The notes beneath the pieces are model-generated. The model was not told the origin of the DNA, ran no database searches, and saw only the letters and a list, made by a program, of their open reading frames with translations. 64,000 bases of DNA, taken from contig RHPI01002503.1 in the NCBI GenBank assembly GCA_009103225.1, forward strand, positions 1,063,076-1,127,075, given 5' to 3'. Positions 24,841-39,431 of this stretch are shown here, piece after piece. This DNA comes from Chlorokybus atmophyticus (taxonomy: Eukaryota > Plantae > Mesostigma and Chlorokybus algae). The translations under genes and the position numbers were made by a program. Each line of letters starts with the position of its first letter. The stretch's first letter is position 1.

Positions 24841-25991
24841 GTTTGCTGGCGTGTGCAAGTGTGCGTGTGTGTGTGCATGTCATGTTCACAATGCAATGGG
24901 GTCACATGCATAACATTGCATATATGTTACACAGAGTATTGCAATATTGAGACATAAAAGGAGTTAAAAAAGCTGTATGCTCATCATGATGTGAAATGGC
25001 ATGGTCACGGCGCTCGTTAAAGGATCGATTTTGTGTATGTAATTTAATTGTGTAATGTCACACATGCTGCATAATATCGTCAACACCAATGCAAGTCACA
25101 TGGACTAAAATGTCCATTTCAAAGAAAGATTCATACGGTTGTACATGATAATTGAAGTATACATTATAACTGCTTTTATGGGCACACAGTTTAAAGATGG
25201 ACATATATGAGTTGTACAAATACTGTTGTATCCTATTTTTATTTTATGTATCATCTACACATGAGCTTCAACAACGAGATGTACCATGTATTCATACAAG
25301 TGAAATTGTTATACATTACATTTATGAGCACGCTGCATAAATAAATAAAAAAAAGTTATTCAATTAGCAACACGAGCTTAATGTGCAACACGATATAAAC
25401 AAATATCTAATTTAAGCAAAGAATGCTTATGCATAATACATCAAGTTGCATTGATAATGATACTAATAATTGCCGGCCGTAAAGTTAATGATTCGCGTGA
25501 GGTTTCGCTACATGGATGAGATTGAGCAAGGTGTTACATGATACTTCGTATAACTCACATGTTCCACCCATCTCAATGGCAACTTCATCAAGGTCGTGGT
25601 ATGCCTATGACTCAGCGGCTTGACACCAGGCCTACCGCCCATGACTGACGCTTCGCGACGCATGCTTACAAGGCGGGCGCTCCAAATTGTAGGCACCTGG
25701 CGCCAAGCTACACCTGGGGCTAGCAAGCAACCAGCTTGCTTGCTGCAAGCCAAAAGGTTGTTTGTTGACGCACGCAATGGAGTGCATTGCTGTGCTATGC
25801 AGCCCATCAGGCAACGGCCGCGGAAGGACAGGTGCAGCATAATCACCGCAGAGGACAGGCGGCGGAGGCTGTGGCGCGGGAGGAGCAGGAGGCGGAGGGG
25901 GAGGAGGAGGAAGATAACGAGGTAAGGGGCTGAAGGGAAGGACAGGGCGGCGGAGGCGGTGCGAGTGCGGCTTGCACGAGTGCGAGCAGCC

Positions 25992-28469
25992 ATGGCGCTC
26001 GCCTACGAGGTGAGCTGTGCTTTGCACCCCTCTTCCTTGCCGTCGGTGTTTGCTAGGGGCTTTGCTTAAACGGGGTCTGCGGGCTGGGTGCCGACTGGCT
26101 CGTCATCAAGTATCTTCTTGCACGAATTTGCTGCTTGCCTGCCTGTGTGTTCAACGACTGTGGCAACCGGTAGCTGCCTTGCTGAGTGGTTGCCGCAGAG
26201 AGGGCTCGGCAGAAGTGGCTATCTGGCCTTGCGTGCTCTCAGGGTTTGTGGTTGCTCGCCAAGCCTTGAACGTAGTTAGGCAATTTACTTTCGTTTCGTT
26301 CGCGTTCAGTGTCGTGTAGCTGGTTGACATGACACAACTGCATCTCGCGTTTGTAGTCTCGAGTATGCCGGCGTTAGTACTCGTGGATCTGTTTTCCACC
26401 GCATCTTGTTTTGTGCTCGAACCGCAGCTTGCACTCGGAGTCAGTTCATGCTTGTTGAAAGGCAATGCTTTTTGTCGAGTTACTTGCATCAAGGCGCTTG
26501 TGGATCAGTTTGTTGCATTCAATTGCGTTCATACAATTAACAGCTTGTTGTTTGCAGTCTGCCTGTCTGTTCTTGGGTACAGTGTAAGCTTGCTGTGGAT
26601 AATTGGACTTCCGCATGTTACAACAGCACGGGAAATCGTAAATGTGTGCGTACCCACCTGGCATTACGTATGAGGGAATCTTGATTGTCACATAATGTAT
26701 GCTTACGTTCAGATGAATTGGCTAATAGGCGCTGGCATACTGCCATATGTTGCATGTGACGCACTGTACACCGGGTGTTGTCGTGTCCTTTTGCAAATCA
26801 ATTTTGCATACTCCTCATTGTGTATCATGTGCAGGAGGCGCTGACCACATTGCAGGGCATGTTCAGTGATGTGAGTCCAGATGTGATTGCAGCAGTGTTG
26901 GAGGCTCACCAGGGCCACATGGAGGCCACTGTTGAGACACTGCTGTCGATGACGGGCGGAGGGGTTGCCGACCCAACAGTTCCTGGTAATTTGCGTTATT
27001 TGAAACCAAGATTTGCCATGCAATGAGTTAGTGATAAACTACTGAGTGCGGATGGTGCAGCTTGCTCGCATGTGCCTGTCCCACACGTTATTGGCGTCAG
27101 TGAGTAACATTAGTTGTGTATGGTGTGCAGGTAGGGATCTTGCAGCTGAACGTGCGCAACAGGAAGAAGACGAACATTTGGCACGTCAGCTGCAGGTGCC
27201 CAAAGTTGCCTATTAACATGTGCTGCAACTGTCGTTGCAACTTTGCATCCAACTGTGGCTGTACTGTTAGAAAATTGAATTGCAGCTCCTTTGTGTGTTT
27301 GGAGGGGGTGGTGGTGGTGGTGGTAAACGTCATACAAGCATGCATAGATGGTTGGGCTGTATTGGTAGGTCCAGTACTGGTGTTGATGTCGACGGTGCAT
27401 GTGTTGGTGTGACCTAATAGTAAGAACACAGGGTACAGCAAGCACAAGATATCTGTCTGATGCAGTGTGTCTCTGTTGTTGCGTGAGTGCATTGTCTCTG
27501 TGCTGCTGCAAGTAATCAAGGAGTCGATCCTCTTGCAGGCGGAGTTCAATCGCCAGCAGCAGCCACCGATCGTGCCTGCTGGTCAAACACCTGCACCGCA
27601 AGGTGCGTCCTCGCTGCATGCTGTGGTGTTCTGCCCAGCAAGAGGGCCCTTGGCAAGCCATTTGCTTGTTGGAACATGTTTCGTTCTGTGCTTCTGATGT
27701 GTTCTCAATTGCTAGTTATATGCTCAATTGGTAGTTATATGCTTAAGTGGGTATTGTTGGCTTGCATCATAGGAGCTGCTGAAGGGGTCAGCTCATTTAC
27801 AAATCGGATGGCACCCGCCACTGATACCGTGTCGGATCGGATGAAGACCATGGGTGAGGCGGCGAAGCGCAACTTCAACGCTTTCACCAACAAGATTGCA
27901 AACATGACTTCAACAAAGAAGTACAGTCTGGTACGTACACAGCGTAGGAGAGGTACTCACGTGTTGCCGGTCTGATTGTGTTGCATATAAACTCATGTTG
28001 TCCACAACAGGTCGGCACAACGGAGTTTGGGGGCGATGATGACAATGACAACCATCACAATCGCAATGCGACTGCCGACAATTACGGCACGTATACGCCC
28101 CCACCGCCTGTCCTCGATGCGCCGGCGCCGCTGGACATGAACCCAACAGCACAGCCTCAACGGCGTCCGCAAGCTGCCTCCGGGGCCCCGCAAACCTCAC
28201 CTGAAGCTGTGCCGCCCTCTTTTGGAGCCAGAGCAGGTGAGAGAAGCTGTTCCTATTTCACATACACTGCGGTGTTTCTATGCTGCAGCGCAGCTTGCAT
28301 TTACCATAACAACTGAAAGCCTGGTCTATTGCATTGCTGCACGCCATTTGTTTGCATGCTGCTCATGATGGGTGTTGGCACTGCAGAGGAGGAGGCACAG
28401 AACCAGAACCTGGTGAACAGACGGACGGATCGGTCAGATTCGCAGTTGCAAAGAGACCTTTTGCTGTAG
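25992..28469 (+). CDS. CUE ubiquitin-binding domain protein
   Basis: Seven GT-AG-joined exons. CUE signature LQGMFSDVSPDVIAAVLEAHQGHMEATVETLL followed by EEDEHLARQLQ. Confidence 0.8.
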
Positions 28470-29442
28470 ACTAGTGCCACTGTGTATATGTCTCTGGCTT
28501 TCCTAGCCGGATAACCTTGTACTTGTACGTGTCGTGAACTATCCTGGAATCCTGTTGAGCTTTGCTGCCTCAACTGCTTGCTGCTTCAAGGGGACATCTT
28601 GTGCAAGCGATGGCCAGTGTACAAAAGGGGTATACTGGTGTCTTTTGTGTCCTGGCAGTAGTAACAGATGTTCTCTTGTGTGCAAGTACTCACAGATACC
28701 CAAGCACCCTTTGTACGAGATTTGCTTGTGCAGACTCAACGATTGTGATGCCGCATGCTGTCACCAGCTGTGCTTGGATGACAGCGTACAGAGACACTCT
28801 GTTGCACTCATGAATGAATACCCGCTTCGCGTCTTTCAAGAGTTTCCGCTTCGTCTTCTTTTGTTCTTTGATTCCAAAGGCTTGTCTTCTCGAAGCTTCG
28901 ACTGCACGTATAATGTGCTCAGCGCCCTTTTGAGTCATAGCTAAAAAGGAAGGCTTGTGTGGACGGGGATTCAGGATGATAGGCATGGTATAAGAGACTG
29001 GCAAAGGTTACCACAACAGTAGCGTACATACAGGAACCCATGATCTATGCCAAGCGCGCAATGAAACACCCACATCACTACATACTCTAATTCACACCAC
29101 CACCACCATCTGCTTACAGAGACTCTACCCTATTCCACGTGAGTGCATGGGCACGCTACGCAGATTGCCCCTCGAGGGGAGCAGTGGGCTTAACCTGCAA
29201 CAGAGCAGAGCAGAGAGTTGGCATGGTGGTGGGCTTGATCTCTCTCTCCACTAACAGCGACATCGTCACACCAAGCTACGTACTGTCATCCCTGCCTATC
29301 ACTGCACAAGCATACTCACACGCATGCCAGCGGCATGCAAGCACGTCTACACAAAAACTACACTGCCGCAGCCGCCAGCACAGCGTCCGCTTCCGCCGTT
29401 GGCGCTTGATGGACGTGTACGCAGTGCTTATGCCATGCTGTG

Positions 29443-29602
29443 TGTGCGTGTGGGGGGCGGAGGCGGCCAAGCGTTGCAAGTATGGAGACCACACTCGGCA
29501 TGCTGCTGACTGTGCATGCCACTATGTGCGTGTGGGGGGCGGAGGCGGCCAAGCGTTGCAAGTATGGAGACCACACTCGGCATGCTGCTGACTGTGCATG
29601 CC
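29443..29602. repeat. Two near-identical 78-bp copies in tandem (82-bp period)
   Basis: 29443-29520 matches 29525-29602. Confidence 0.9.
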
Positions 29603-30730
29603 TCTATGCATGTGCATTGCCGTTTCGCTTTGTATGTACATGGCACATTGCATTAGAACTTTTAGCACGTATTGCGCATGAGCGTGCGCCACATTGCCAC
29701 ACTGCGGGGAGCAGAGCCACGGCGCCTGGAGGGCTTCATTTGCACCTGCCGTCAGAGCGCGGCATGCGCCTTGCAGCGGGCTCAGGCGATCTTGGAGCGG
29801 GGAGCGGCGGCAGTGGCAGCAATGCCGGCTTGGGGTCCTGTGGTCCAAGGCACTCCAACGACTGAAGCGGATGCAGCACTACTGCAGAATAGTGACGCGT
29901 GCACGTGCGTATGACTTTGTGTGTGATGTGTGCGGGTAGGCATGGTGGCAGCATTGACAGCGGACACTTGCAGGCCAATATTTATAGAGGAAGTGCCTGC
30001 CCCGCCCCCCCCCCCCCTGATACGTGAGGTGACTGANNNNNNNNNNNNNNNNNNNNNNNNNNNNNNNNNNNNNNNNNNNNNNNNNNNNNNNNNNNNNNNN
30101 NNNNNNNNNNNNNNNNNNNNNNNNNNNNNNNNNNNNNNNNNNNNNNNNNNNNNNNNNNNNNNNNNNNNNNNNNNNNNNNNNNNNNNNNNNNNNNNNNNNN
30201 NNNNNNNNNNNNNNNNNNNNNNNNNNNNNNNNNNNNNNNNNNNNNNNNNNNNNNNNNNNNNNNNNNNCCCCCCCCAAAAAGCGTTCCTCACTCTTCTCCT
30301 GGCACCGCCGCCGCCAGCAGAGCAGATACAATGCTTGAACGTGTTGTGTATGTCCTGTTCAACACAGCATGCAAGCCACCTGTCGCTGTGATCCATACCA
30401 TTGTCCATGGATGGTGAGCGGGTTCAGGTGAGTGGCTTTGTTCTGTGTATGGGGAGTGCTCATGCATTGCTCAATCTGAGGGCTTGGGCCCATATTACTT
30501 GGGTTTGGTTTACTGCTTGCGTATGTATGCACTCTTACGTGAACTTACGTTACCTCGGCCACTTCAGCCAGCTGCAGCATCGAGAGTGAGCCAGCATGCC
30601 ACACAACTGCATACATCTTCTATCATACCTTGTATACATACAAGTACTAGTTAACAGCAAATGTCCCCTAAGTGGACCCCAAAAACAAGACGCAACGAGC
30701 AAGCTATTCCGCGCTAACACCCTTCAAACG

Positions 30731-32615
30731 CTACCGATGCAGCTTCAACAACCCAACCTGCTCCAAAGTCTTGTACAGCTCCAGCTCCTGCTTAAACGGG
30801 TGCACGTCTTCACGTCCCGGCTTGGGTCTCTCCCAATCATAGTAGTGCGGTTGCGTCTGGTTATTGAAATACAGCTCAGAGTTGTACCCGAACACGTCTA
30901 TGGGCGCAATGCACAAGTGCAGTGCCAACATAACCCCGACGAGACCCGAGCTTGGCCTTTGCCCCGCACGATCAACAGCGTCCCACGCCATGCAAAGGAA
31001 CTCCAGGTCAAACATGAACGCCACATCGAGGGGGTGTTTGGACTTCTGGTTCACCCACGAACGCATCGCGGGGTCGCGCATCTGAGCGATTGTTATCTCA
31101 CCAGGCTGCTTGGGCTCTACGTACGGGCCGTTGTAGAGTCGGATCGTGGACTTGCGACCAACCTGTGTGTGTGGGTGGGAATGGTTGGGTTGGGATGCCG
31201 TGCACGTGCATGCGTGTGTGTGCATGAGCAGCGGGTGCGCGTGTGTCAGCAATGCATTGTCTCAACACTGTCCACGCGCTTTGTTGGGCTTGCCTGGCGT
31301 TCAAAGCCTTTGGTCCTTCCTTGGTTGAACCTGATGACAACGTCTTTGCTGTCAATGAGAGACCCGAAGCTCGCATTGCGCAGGGACCCGGCATTACCCA
31401 CAACAGCGCACGTGTACACCCTCTCGTTCTCCTCCTCCTCCTCCCTCTCCTCACCCCCACTCCTCCCCTTATGTGTGTCACCCTTCCTGGCGACCTCCAT
31501 GGCATCAAGCATGTCCTCGAGGTCAGCGTCGCAGTCGTGTCCTCCTCGCCGGTCAGCGAGGCAGCTCCCGCTTACAGCAGCAACAACATCAGCGAGGGGA
31601 GCCGCACGCCGTAGGAGCGCCTGGGCTATGTTGGGTACCAGCTTGATCAGACCCATCCATAAACGCCAGCTGACGGCCCCGCTGCCGCCGCATGATATTG
31701 AACCACGCATACCCAGCCTTGGACCTGTTAGGATTGCATGTGATGATTTAAGCCGAGCGAGAAGCAGCTTAAGCTTTGAAGGGAGACTCTGGAGACTTGA
31801 TTGATACAGTGAGGCTGAACGCTTCCTGGCCGCTGATTGTCTTTCAGCATTTCTATCCTCCTCCTCCTTATCTTTCTCCTCTTGCTTCACCTCCTCTTTC
31901 ACCTCCTCCGTCCTCCCTTCCTGCTCCTCTTCCTCCTCTTCCTCCTCCTCCTCGACGTCCTCCTCCTCCTTCACCGTCTTCAACTCTTCAGTGTCATCAG
32001 CGACCTTGCCACCATGTTGTCTTTCCTCCTCATCACTATTGACTAGTGCTCCGTTCTCCAAGTTGTTTACTAATGACTCAACAACAACAATACTTCCTTC
32101 TTCTCCTCCTCCTCCTGCTTGTTCCTGAATCTGCCTTTCGTGTCTTTGCAGTTTGGATGAGATGTCCGCGTTGGCTGTTGATAGGGAGTTGTGCTGCTGC
32201 TGGTCTCGGAGAGGGTTGTTGTTGTTGGTGGTGGCGACAAGCGAGCGGGTTGGGTGTATGTGCAAAGGCAAGCCTGCGAAACTGAACAGAGAGACAAGTG
32301 CACCAGTGAGCCTAACAGATTGATTGAAGTGTTTGCCAATTGTAAGGGTTTATTGAATGTCTCTAACGTTCAAAACGTAAGACTATAGTTGTTGCTTTTC
32401 TTCCACCATAACAACAACCAAGCAAGCATAGATGTATAATTGCATGAGTGTGCTATTTACCTTCCGTGCAGCGGGAAGATCCATCCAACATTGACAAGCA
32501 GCAGTCCAAGGACGACGGCGTAAGGCAGCTTCAGCCTGTACAGAGGGACGCCCTTGCCGCCGCCCCCTGCTCCTGCACCTCCTGCTCCTGCTCCTGCTCC
32601 TCCGCCTCGCCCCAT
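30731..32615 (-). CDS. GT29 sialyltransferase-like type II membrane glycosyltransferase
   Basis: Exons 32615-32461 (TM anchor), 32281-31294 and 31162-30731. Sialylmotifs L (CAVVGNAG...IDSKDVVIRFN), S (PSSGLVGVMLALHLC), III (HYYD) and VS (HPFKQE). Confidence 0.9.
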
Positions 32616-33921
32616 GATTCCGCCGCCGCCCCCTTAGCCCACGGCTGCGCCCATGACCTGCTACTGCTTTACCTCACCGTCACTTTTATGCTCCACCTCC
32701 ACCTCCTCACTCCCATCGCCGCCGCCGCCGGCGGCGATGCCCTTCTCCTCCGTGCGGCAACCCTCAGCAAACCAAACGGCAGCGCCAGCAGCCAACACAG
32801 ACCTTTCCTGGGTGGGGGAAAAACACAATCTTTGCCGCTGCTGCTGCTGTTGTTGCTGTTGTCGACAATTCGAGTAAGGCTGCAGCGAGTGGCACGTCAC
32901 GTGCTTGTTGAAGAAGGAACGACAACTTCCGTTGTGACATGCGCGGTGCTTCCGCTCAGCAAGCTGCTGCCTTCTGATCCGGAAGTTTCGGCAGAAGTTT
33001 AATTCTACAGTTGGGAAGATTATTATAATCATGCTATCAATTTCAATAATACAATAGCCCAACGTCTTTAAACTAGGAACTTGCTAAACTCAAGCTGTTA
33101 GATCCCATGCACAATCCAAAAACCCAAAGTTGATTGCTTCGATTTTGAAATTATACTTAAAATGTGTAAGTACATATTAATGGTAATTGATGGGATCTAG
33201 GACTGGGGCCGAACCTACGTTCGGGCATAACTGAACAAACAAAGAACGAGAACCCGAACAGTATGTTTATTTTAGTGGTTATAACCTTTTTGGGTTCCTA
33301 CGAAAAAAGCAACAATTATGAGTGACAGCGAACAAACCATTACAACAAAAGAAAATTCGGACAAAATTCTTATCTAAGTGTATATAAAGCTCGTAAAATG
33401 GCATACATTTACCAGCACGATCACATGCATTACACGAAAATTATTGCACACTATCAATTGTATATTGTGCTAAACAACATGTATATGAAAGCGTGTATTA
33501 GACAATAGTGTGACATCGAGTCACTCTACGTCACGTGTTACGCAAAGCACCAATACAGCGTGACACACTGCATTGCTGCGTGACAATGCGTGATGTCGCG
33601 TGACTGAAAAGGTCGTTCCCTTTATGCGCCATGCATTGAGAACAAACAAAAACGTTCTTCGACCCTTGGTTTATTTCATTTCCGACCATTGACGTAAGAA
33701 CGAACGAAAAATCATGGACCTCATAACATTATACAATAATTGTTGTACATACGTTTCTGATAACAATATAATGTGAGCATTGTTACAATTGTATGAAACA
33801 AGTAACTTCTTCTATATAGCATATAAGTGAAAATGTGACATCAGCTTATGCATGGGACCGCACGTTTAGCGTTAGTTTGATGATCACGTAATTGTTTCGC
33901 ATGTTAATTAAACTGCACATA

Positions 33922-34523
33922 CCGTATTTACCCGTTCACAGTCCCCCCCATTACAATTACCCCCTTGGAACTGATGAGGGCGCACTGTTAGGGTATACTA
34001 TGCCCCTTCTCATATATAATGCCCCCCTGCTATGGTTTCGCATCAAATAGAGTAAGTTATAGTTGGTTACGGTTATGGTACGTATTTGGCCATTGGGTTA
34101 CCTTGAATGTAGGGAAATACGGTCGGTCAGCGTAATTAATTAAATACAATGCCGCCTTTCGAGTTGAGTGCCCCCNNNNNNNNNNNNNNNNNNNNNNNNN
34201 NNNNNNNNNNNNNNNNNNNNNNNNNNNNNNNNNNNNNNNNNNNNNNNNNNNNNNNNNNNNNNNNNNNNNNNNNNNNNNNNNNNNNNNNNNNNNNNNNNNN
34301 NNNNNNNNNNNNNNNNNNNNNNNNNNNNNNNNNNNNNNNNNNNNNNNNNNNNNNNNNNNNNNNNNNNNNNNNNNNNNNNNNNNNNNNNNNNNNNNNNNNN
34401 NNNNNNNNNNNNNNNNNNNNNNNNNNNNGCCCCCCCCCCCACACACACACACACAATTACCCCCCCATAAAGTTTTGGAGGGGCACTAGCTGGAAGGGGG
34501 GCACTATAAACGGGTGAATACGG
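33922..34523. mobile_element. pogo/Tc1-mariner-type MITE spanning an assembly gap
   Basis: TIRs CCGTATT(T/C)ACCCGTT with TA on both flanks (33920-33921, 34524-34525). Confidence 0.8.
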
Positions 34524-34952
34524 TATGCAACGGAATCTTAAGTACTCGTTGATCATGTTAACGAGTAGGCATTGCTCTCGTGCGCACGCATGCATAACAC
34601 GTTGTATTACCAGTGTTGTGAAGTAAAAGATGACGGATTTCATGCAATCGGCAATGCTTTATCCAATAATGTGCATACAAGACAACCAGTAAAACCACTT
34701 TCGGATGCACACATAACCACCAATGCTTGAACAAGTTTACAAAAAATGCAAGAGGGAATTGTGCTCACCATGTGACTTTTTGCTTTATGCAAGTTGCGCC
34801 TATATTGTGTGGCACAAGTTGCAAGGGGGTGCGTTGAATTTTCTTCAGTACATAGTCTTGGTGAAAGCATCACCATAGGCATTGAATCATTGAAACGGAT
34901 GAGTCTAGAGTGGACTTTTCAATATTGTCAGCAAATTGCAAGCGCACAGCAA

Positions 34953-37198
34953 TCAATCTTTGGCCCAAGATGGCTTTCTCTTGTTTTTCACTTTCTTGTA
35001 GAACCCTCGTCCACCAGATTGTTTTGCGTCCTGTATTTGCAGATACTTCCTTTTCCTGCACATGAAAGGTGAGTGAAACAAAGTAGAAAACCACCGAGCA
35101 TGCACGAGCAGATCGTCTTGTGCAGCAGTCACAGGCATGCAAGGCACTATACCTGTAAGATTTTAATGCTTGGTCAGCCAGAAGCTCATCTGTAATCGTC
35201 TGCTTCCGTTCGCGCTGCGACAGCCTTGACGAGTAGAAGTCCGCTGGACCTTCAATGACAGTGCCAATCTGTTTCAGGGCACAACACATCAGTACAGTTG
35301 GACACAAGTCAGGCAGTCTACATACAACGCAGCATGAATAACTTGAAAACTCCGCAGCACAATTACTATATGCTTATGGACAGCACTGCAAAACGACGTC
35401 AAGACATAGCCAAGACCAATCTCAACCACTTGCACACAGTGTTGGTTGCCACTTGTGGTCAATAAATGCATACGAGTGCATCAGGATATTGCTGCCGTTT
35501 TCCATTGTCACTGAAAGCAATGGCAAACTGAGAAGCAATGGCTTCCCCCATAACAAACCTGAAAATACTTGGGGTACTTGCTGCTGTCGGCAGATTTGTA
35601 AAATCGTTTTGGGTCTGTGACTGATCGCAACTGCACAAACACACCTTGTCAGCAGCAGTCGCAATTTGTCGCCCTCAACCCCACGGTACGCACAGGGACT
35701 CTGCAGGCATGCAGCGCGTTGTGAGAGGCCATACCTTCAGAAGCTGCAGTTCCCGCTTGAGTTGAGTAGTAAGTGTTGGTGCAGGAAGGTCATACCTGCA
35801 GTTCAGAGTCATTGATCCGCCAAGCAGTAACAAAGCAAACACCGTATATGGATATGTACAAGCAACTTCCCAGCGAGCAGCAGATACGCTGCGGTGTCAT
35901 GGCTGTGTTTGCTAACGCTGTCAGAGGATTAGCAGTCAGCAGTGTCACTGACCAGTTTGAGCCTGCAGTGTCGGGAGCCACCTTCGCTGCTAGTCTGTTG
36001 GCTCTTCTCGAGTCGAGTGGCGGAACAGTCAGTGACTTGAGCAGCGAGCCAGGGAGCTCTGGAGCAGATGGAGCCTCTTCACCTTCATCATGCTGAAATC
36101 TTCCAAGGCCTGTTTCAGGGTTCCAAGAGATCTCTTTTGCAGCCGCTGCAGCTGCCAGCGCCCTGAGATGGTTGAACACATTGTTAGAGTGCATGCATGC
36201 AATTTGTATGTGTGTATGACATAGGGCATGCAGTGTGGTTGCAACTGCTTGTGCGCAAAGGGCGCACCTTCTGTCTGCTTCCGATAGTGCCAACGGTTGA
36301 AAGCCCTCATCGCCACTGCCGGCGTCGTTGCTGGCATGGGCGGCATTGCTGGCAGCGACTCCTGTTTCCCCTCTCATCGCCTGCAACGCCCTTTCCAGCA
36401 TCCGATCTTCCTCGTCGCTGGCTTCAGACTCATCATCGTCATCCTGTACACGAGTGAGTCTCACGCGTGAGTATCAATTCCAACCATGTGTTGATTGTCA
36501 GACCCACGCTATGGAACACCAGCAAGAAGCTCAACTGTGTGGGTATGCATGAATGACACCACACACACGATTATGAAACCGCACACTCTTTTCTCCGTTG
36601 ATTGGCTTCCTTCCTTGCATTGCATTCCTTGCAGGGAATCGCACAGTGGCAATGCATGCATGTATTCAGCTACTAATCAGTAGAAACAAACCTGCAGCCA
36701 GCTTTGCAGGCGTGAAGCAAGCGTAGGCGGAGGCAAGTCCACTGCAGGTGGAAGGACGGACGCAGCCGCGTCCCGCCCATCCGCAACCGAATCGTCATGT
36801 CCCTCCTCAGGCGCCTCCGCCACCTCATCCAGGCGGGCTTCCAGGCGCGCCGCCGGGTGGGCGGCGGCGGTGACGTCGTCCTGATCCTGGGCGGAGGTGC
36901 CGTTGGCAGCAATGCGGGCAGAGCGGCGGGATGAAGCTGGAGTCCTCGCAACAGTCCTTGCAGCTGCTCGTCCAGCTGTCAACCTAGAGACAGCATTGCG
37001 GGAAGGCGCACTGGTAGCCTCCTGTCCTCCTCCTCCTCCTCCTAGTCCTTCTGGTCCTTCCTCTCCTCCTACCCGTGCGGTCCTCGCTCTCCGCATGCTC
37101 CTCGTCTCCACCGACATGCTGGCGCTCGGCTCAGAGCCGTCCACAGAGGGCTCTGCGGACGGGGCGCCAGCAGCCTGGCCCTGCCGCCTCGTCCTCAT
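34953..37198 (-). CDS. FCF2: Fcf2/DNTTIP2-family pre-rRNA processing protein
   Basis: Spliced exons give DTAGSNWYDLPAPTLTTQLKRELQLLKLRSVTDPKRFYK...PKYFQIGTVIEGPADFYSSRL...ITDELL. Confidence 0.9.
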
Positions 37199-37631
37199 CG
37201 TGGCAGCTGTAAGACACCAACCGCAACGCCCACGCCGCCGCCAACAACGCCTTCGCGACTGCCAACAAGTCCCATAACCAGCTCAGAGATTAGGATTTTG
37301 TTCAGGCTTTGATTAGGATTACACCTGTGAGGTTTGAGGGCTGGGCGGCGACAACGGTGGCGGTGGCGGCGGTGGAGGTAGGCTGGTCGGCGTCTAGTGT
37401 GCTTGTCTCTGCTGCGAGAGCGTGCAGAGAAGAGTCGAAGGTGGTGGTGGTGGTGGTGGTGGTGGTGGGCTTGTCCACAAGAAGCGCAGCTGGTGTGGGG
37501 TTGTTCTGATCCCGGACGGCGGCCTCGGAGTGGCTGCGCAAGGGGTTGGCGTTGCCTGGGCAGGAGGACAAGCAGGAGGCGGAGTTGGGAGAGAAGGCGG
37601 AGAGCAGGCGAAGAAAAAGTTGTAGGTGATA

Positions 37632-38486
37632 ATGACGCGTGGCAAGCAGAAGATCGACGCTCAGAAGAGGGCGGCTGAGAAGAATGCACCTTCCAAAGGC
37701 TCCCAGCTGGACGCACAGGTATGGGACACGATGTTCGCACACGTAGTTGTATGTGGGTTGTTGGTGGTAAGAGAGGAGGAAGAGAAGGGTATTGTTGGGA
37801 AGTCATGAACAATGCTTTGCTGTTTGCACACCTTGCGAATCCAACCAATGCAGTCAGTGGGACAAAATACTGTGGACGCATACGAATCGGCGTGTTACAA
37901 CGGAAACTTGCTAGAGTCCTGGGCCCGATGTGCCTACAAAACCATACCAGCAAGCACCTGCATGCTTTCAATGTCACTGCACGGTTGTAGTGTTGAAGGC
38001 TTGGAAAGCAGCACATTACAGCATGGCAGATATGATGGTTGTGTCTAAAGGCATTGAGGTGCAAAAATTGTGTTCATCGCCGCAGATTGTTGGACCAGCT
38101 GCTCTTTTATCAACTGCTCTGCGCGAGCAGCTGTGTTCCACCGTGTACATCTAGCTAGTGTTGAGGCTGCATGCGTGTGCGCACCGATACTGAACCCTGC
38201 TGGCAACTGGTGCATTCAATGCAGCTATGTCTCCTCTAATGCCAGAGTTACATCTTGTAACAAGGGATACTAACTGTTGTGTATCTGCTCAGAAAGCTGG
38301 GTTGAAAGCGCTTTGTCCCATCTGCAAGGTAAGTTGCTATGGCTGTCAGCGGTTACATCTGGTTGGGTAAGGCTGGTGTGCATCTTACGGTGTGTCTTGC
38401 AGGTGCAATTGGCACATTCAAAATTGCTCGCTGCACATTACGAAGCCAAACATCCAAAAGAGACGCCACCAGCTACAAGCTCATAA
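37632..38486 (+). CDS. Small ZNF706/4F5-like zinc-finger protein
   Basis: Exons 37632-37718, 38293-38328 and 38403-38486 give MTRGKQKIDAQK...CPICKVQL...HYEAKHPK. Confidence 0.88.
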
Positions 38487-39431
38487 CACAGGGCCTGGCG
38501 GGCGGGTCTGATATATGCGTTGCATGTCTAGAGTCGTGCATATTGCAGCCAGCCCTCAAGGTCACGATGTTGCGCCTCGTGCTTTTGCATGTGCTTGGTA
38601 GTTTCCGCCTACCAGCAAACAAGCCGAAGTACGCACGAGGCCCATGTGCCATGTCACCAGGCTGTCTTGGCAAGCTTAGTGCTCTTAGTATGTATCTATC
38701 AAAACCATAAAGCCTTGTGCGATATTCATCGTTGCCTGCCTGTCCTGCGATACGCAGGGCAGGCCTACCTGGTTGTACAGGATATGCAAAGTGCTGTTAC
38801 GAACATACATGACAGTGCAACACACCGTAGTAGTGTACAAACTATGTGGAACACCATTGCCTGTGCGCAGTGACATTTATAGCAACAAATAAAGGCATTA
38901 CCAGGCATCTGTGTGTGCCTGAAAACGCCTTCATGCTGCGGTGGAACAGAAATCAATCCATCTTTGGTGGAGTGGTTACCGTACACTGTGCAAGCAGAGT
39001 TCTTGATTGGCATGTTGCAGTGCAGCAGCTTGCCCCATTGGTGTCAGGCCAGGTTGTGTTACAGGCATTGGACCAATAATGCCATGCGGCATTACTATAC
39101 ATTATATAGGGTAGTGTATGGAACATAAAGGGGCCACAACCAGTAAACAAGCAAGAAACCATCAGTTACAAGCCTCAAGCGCAAGCAATCACAAGCAACC
39201 TAGCTATACAAGACTAGGGGGCTGGGTTCTAGGTGCAGTATGAGACGAAGACAGCAGCAGCAGCAGGAGTGATTATGCGGCTAGTTGCCTGTCATCCCGC
39301 TAGCACAGTGCTAGTGGCACTGCTGGGAAGTCCGTCCCTGATGGCTGAGGTCGAAAATGTCATCGTTCTCGCTAGCGTGCAATTATGGATGAAAACAACA
39401 AGCTCAAGCACTGTTAAGCTAGTAAAAAGCT

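Noticed and set aside
24980-25500. AT-rich insert, possible MITE
   Set aside because: Terminal inverted similarity is too weak and no TSD was found.
28690-29004. Minus-strand 104-codon ORF (KEQKKTKRKLLKDAKRVFIHEC)
   Set aside because: Protein-like in composition, but no family or gene structure could be supported.
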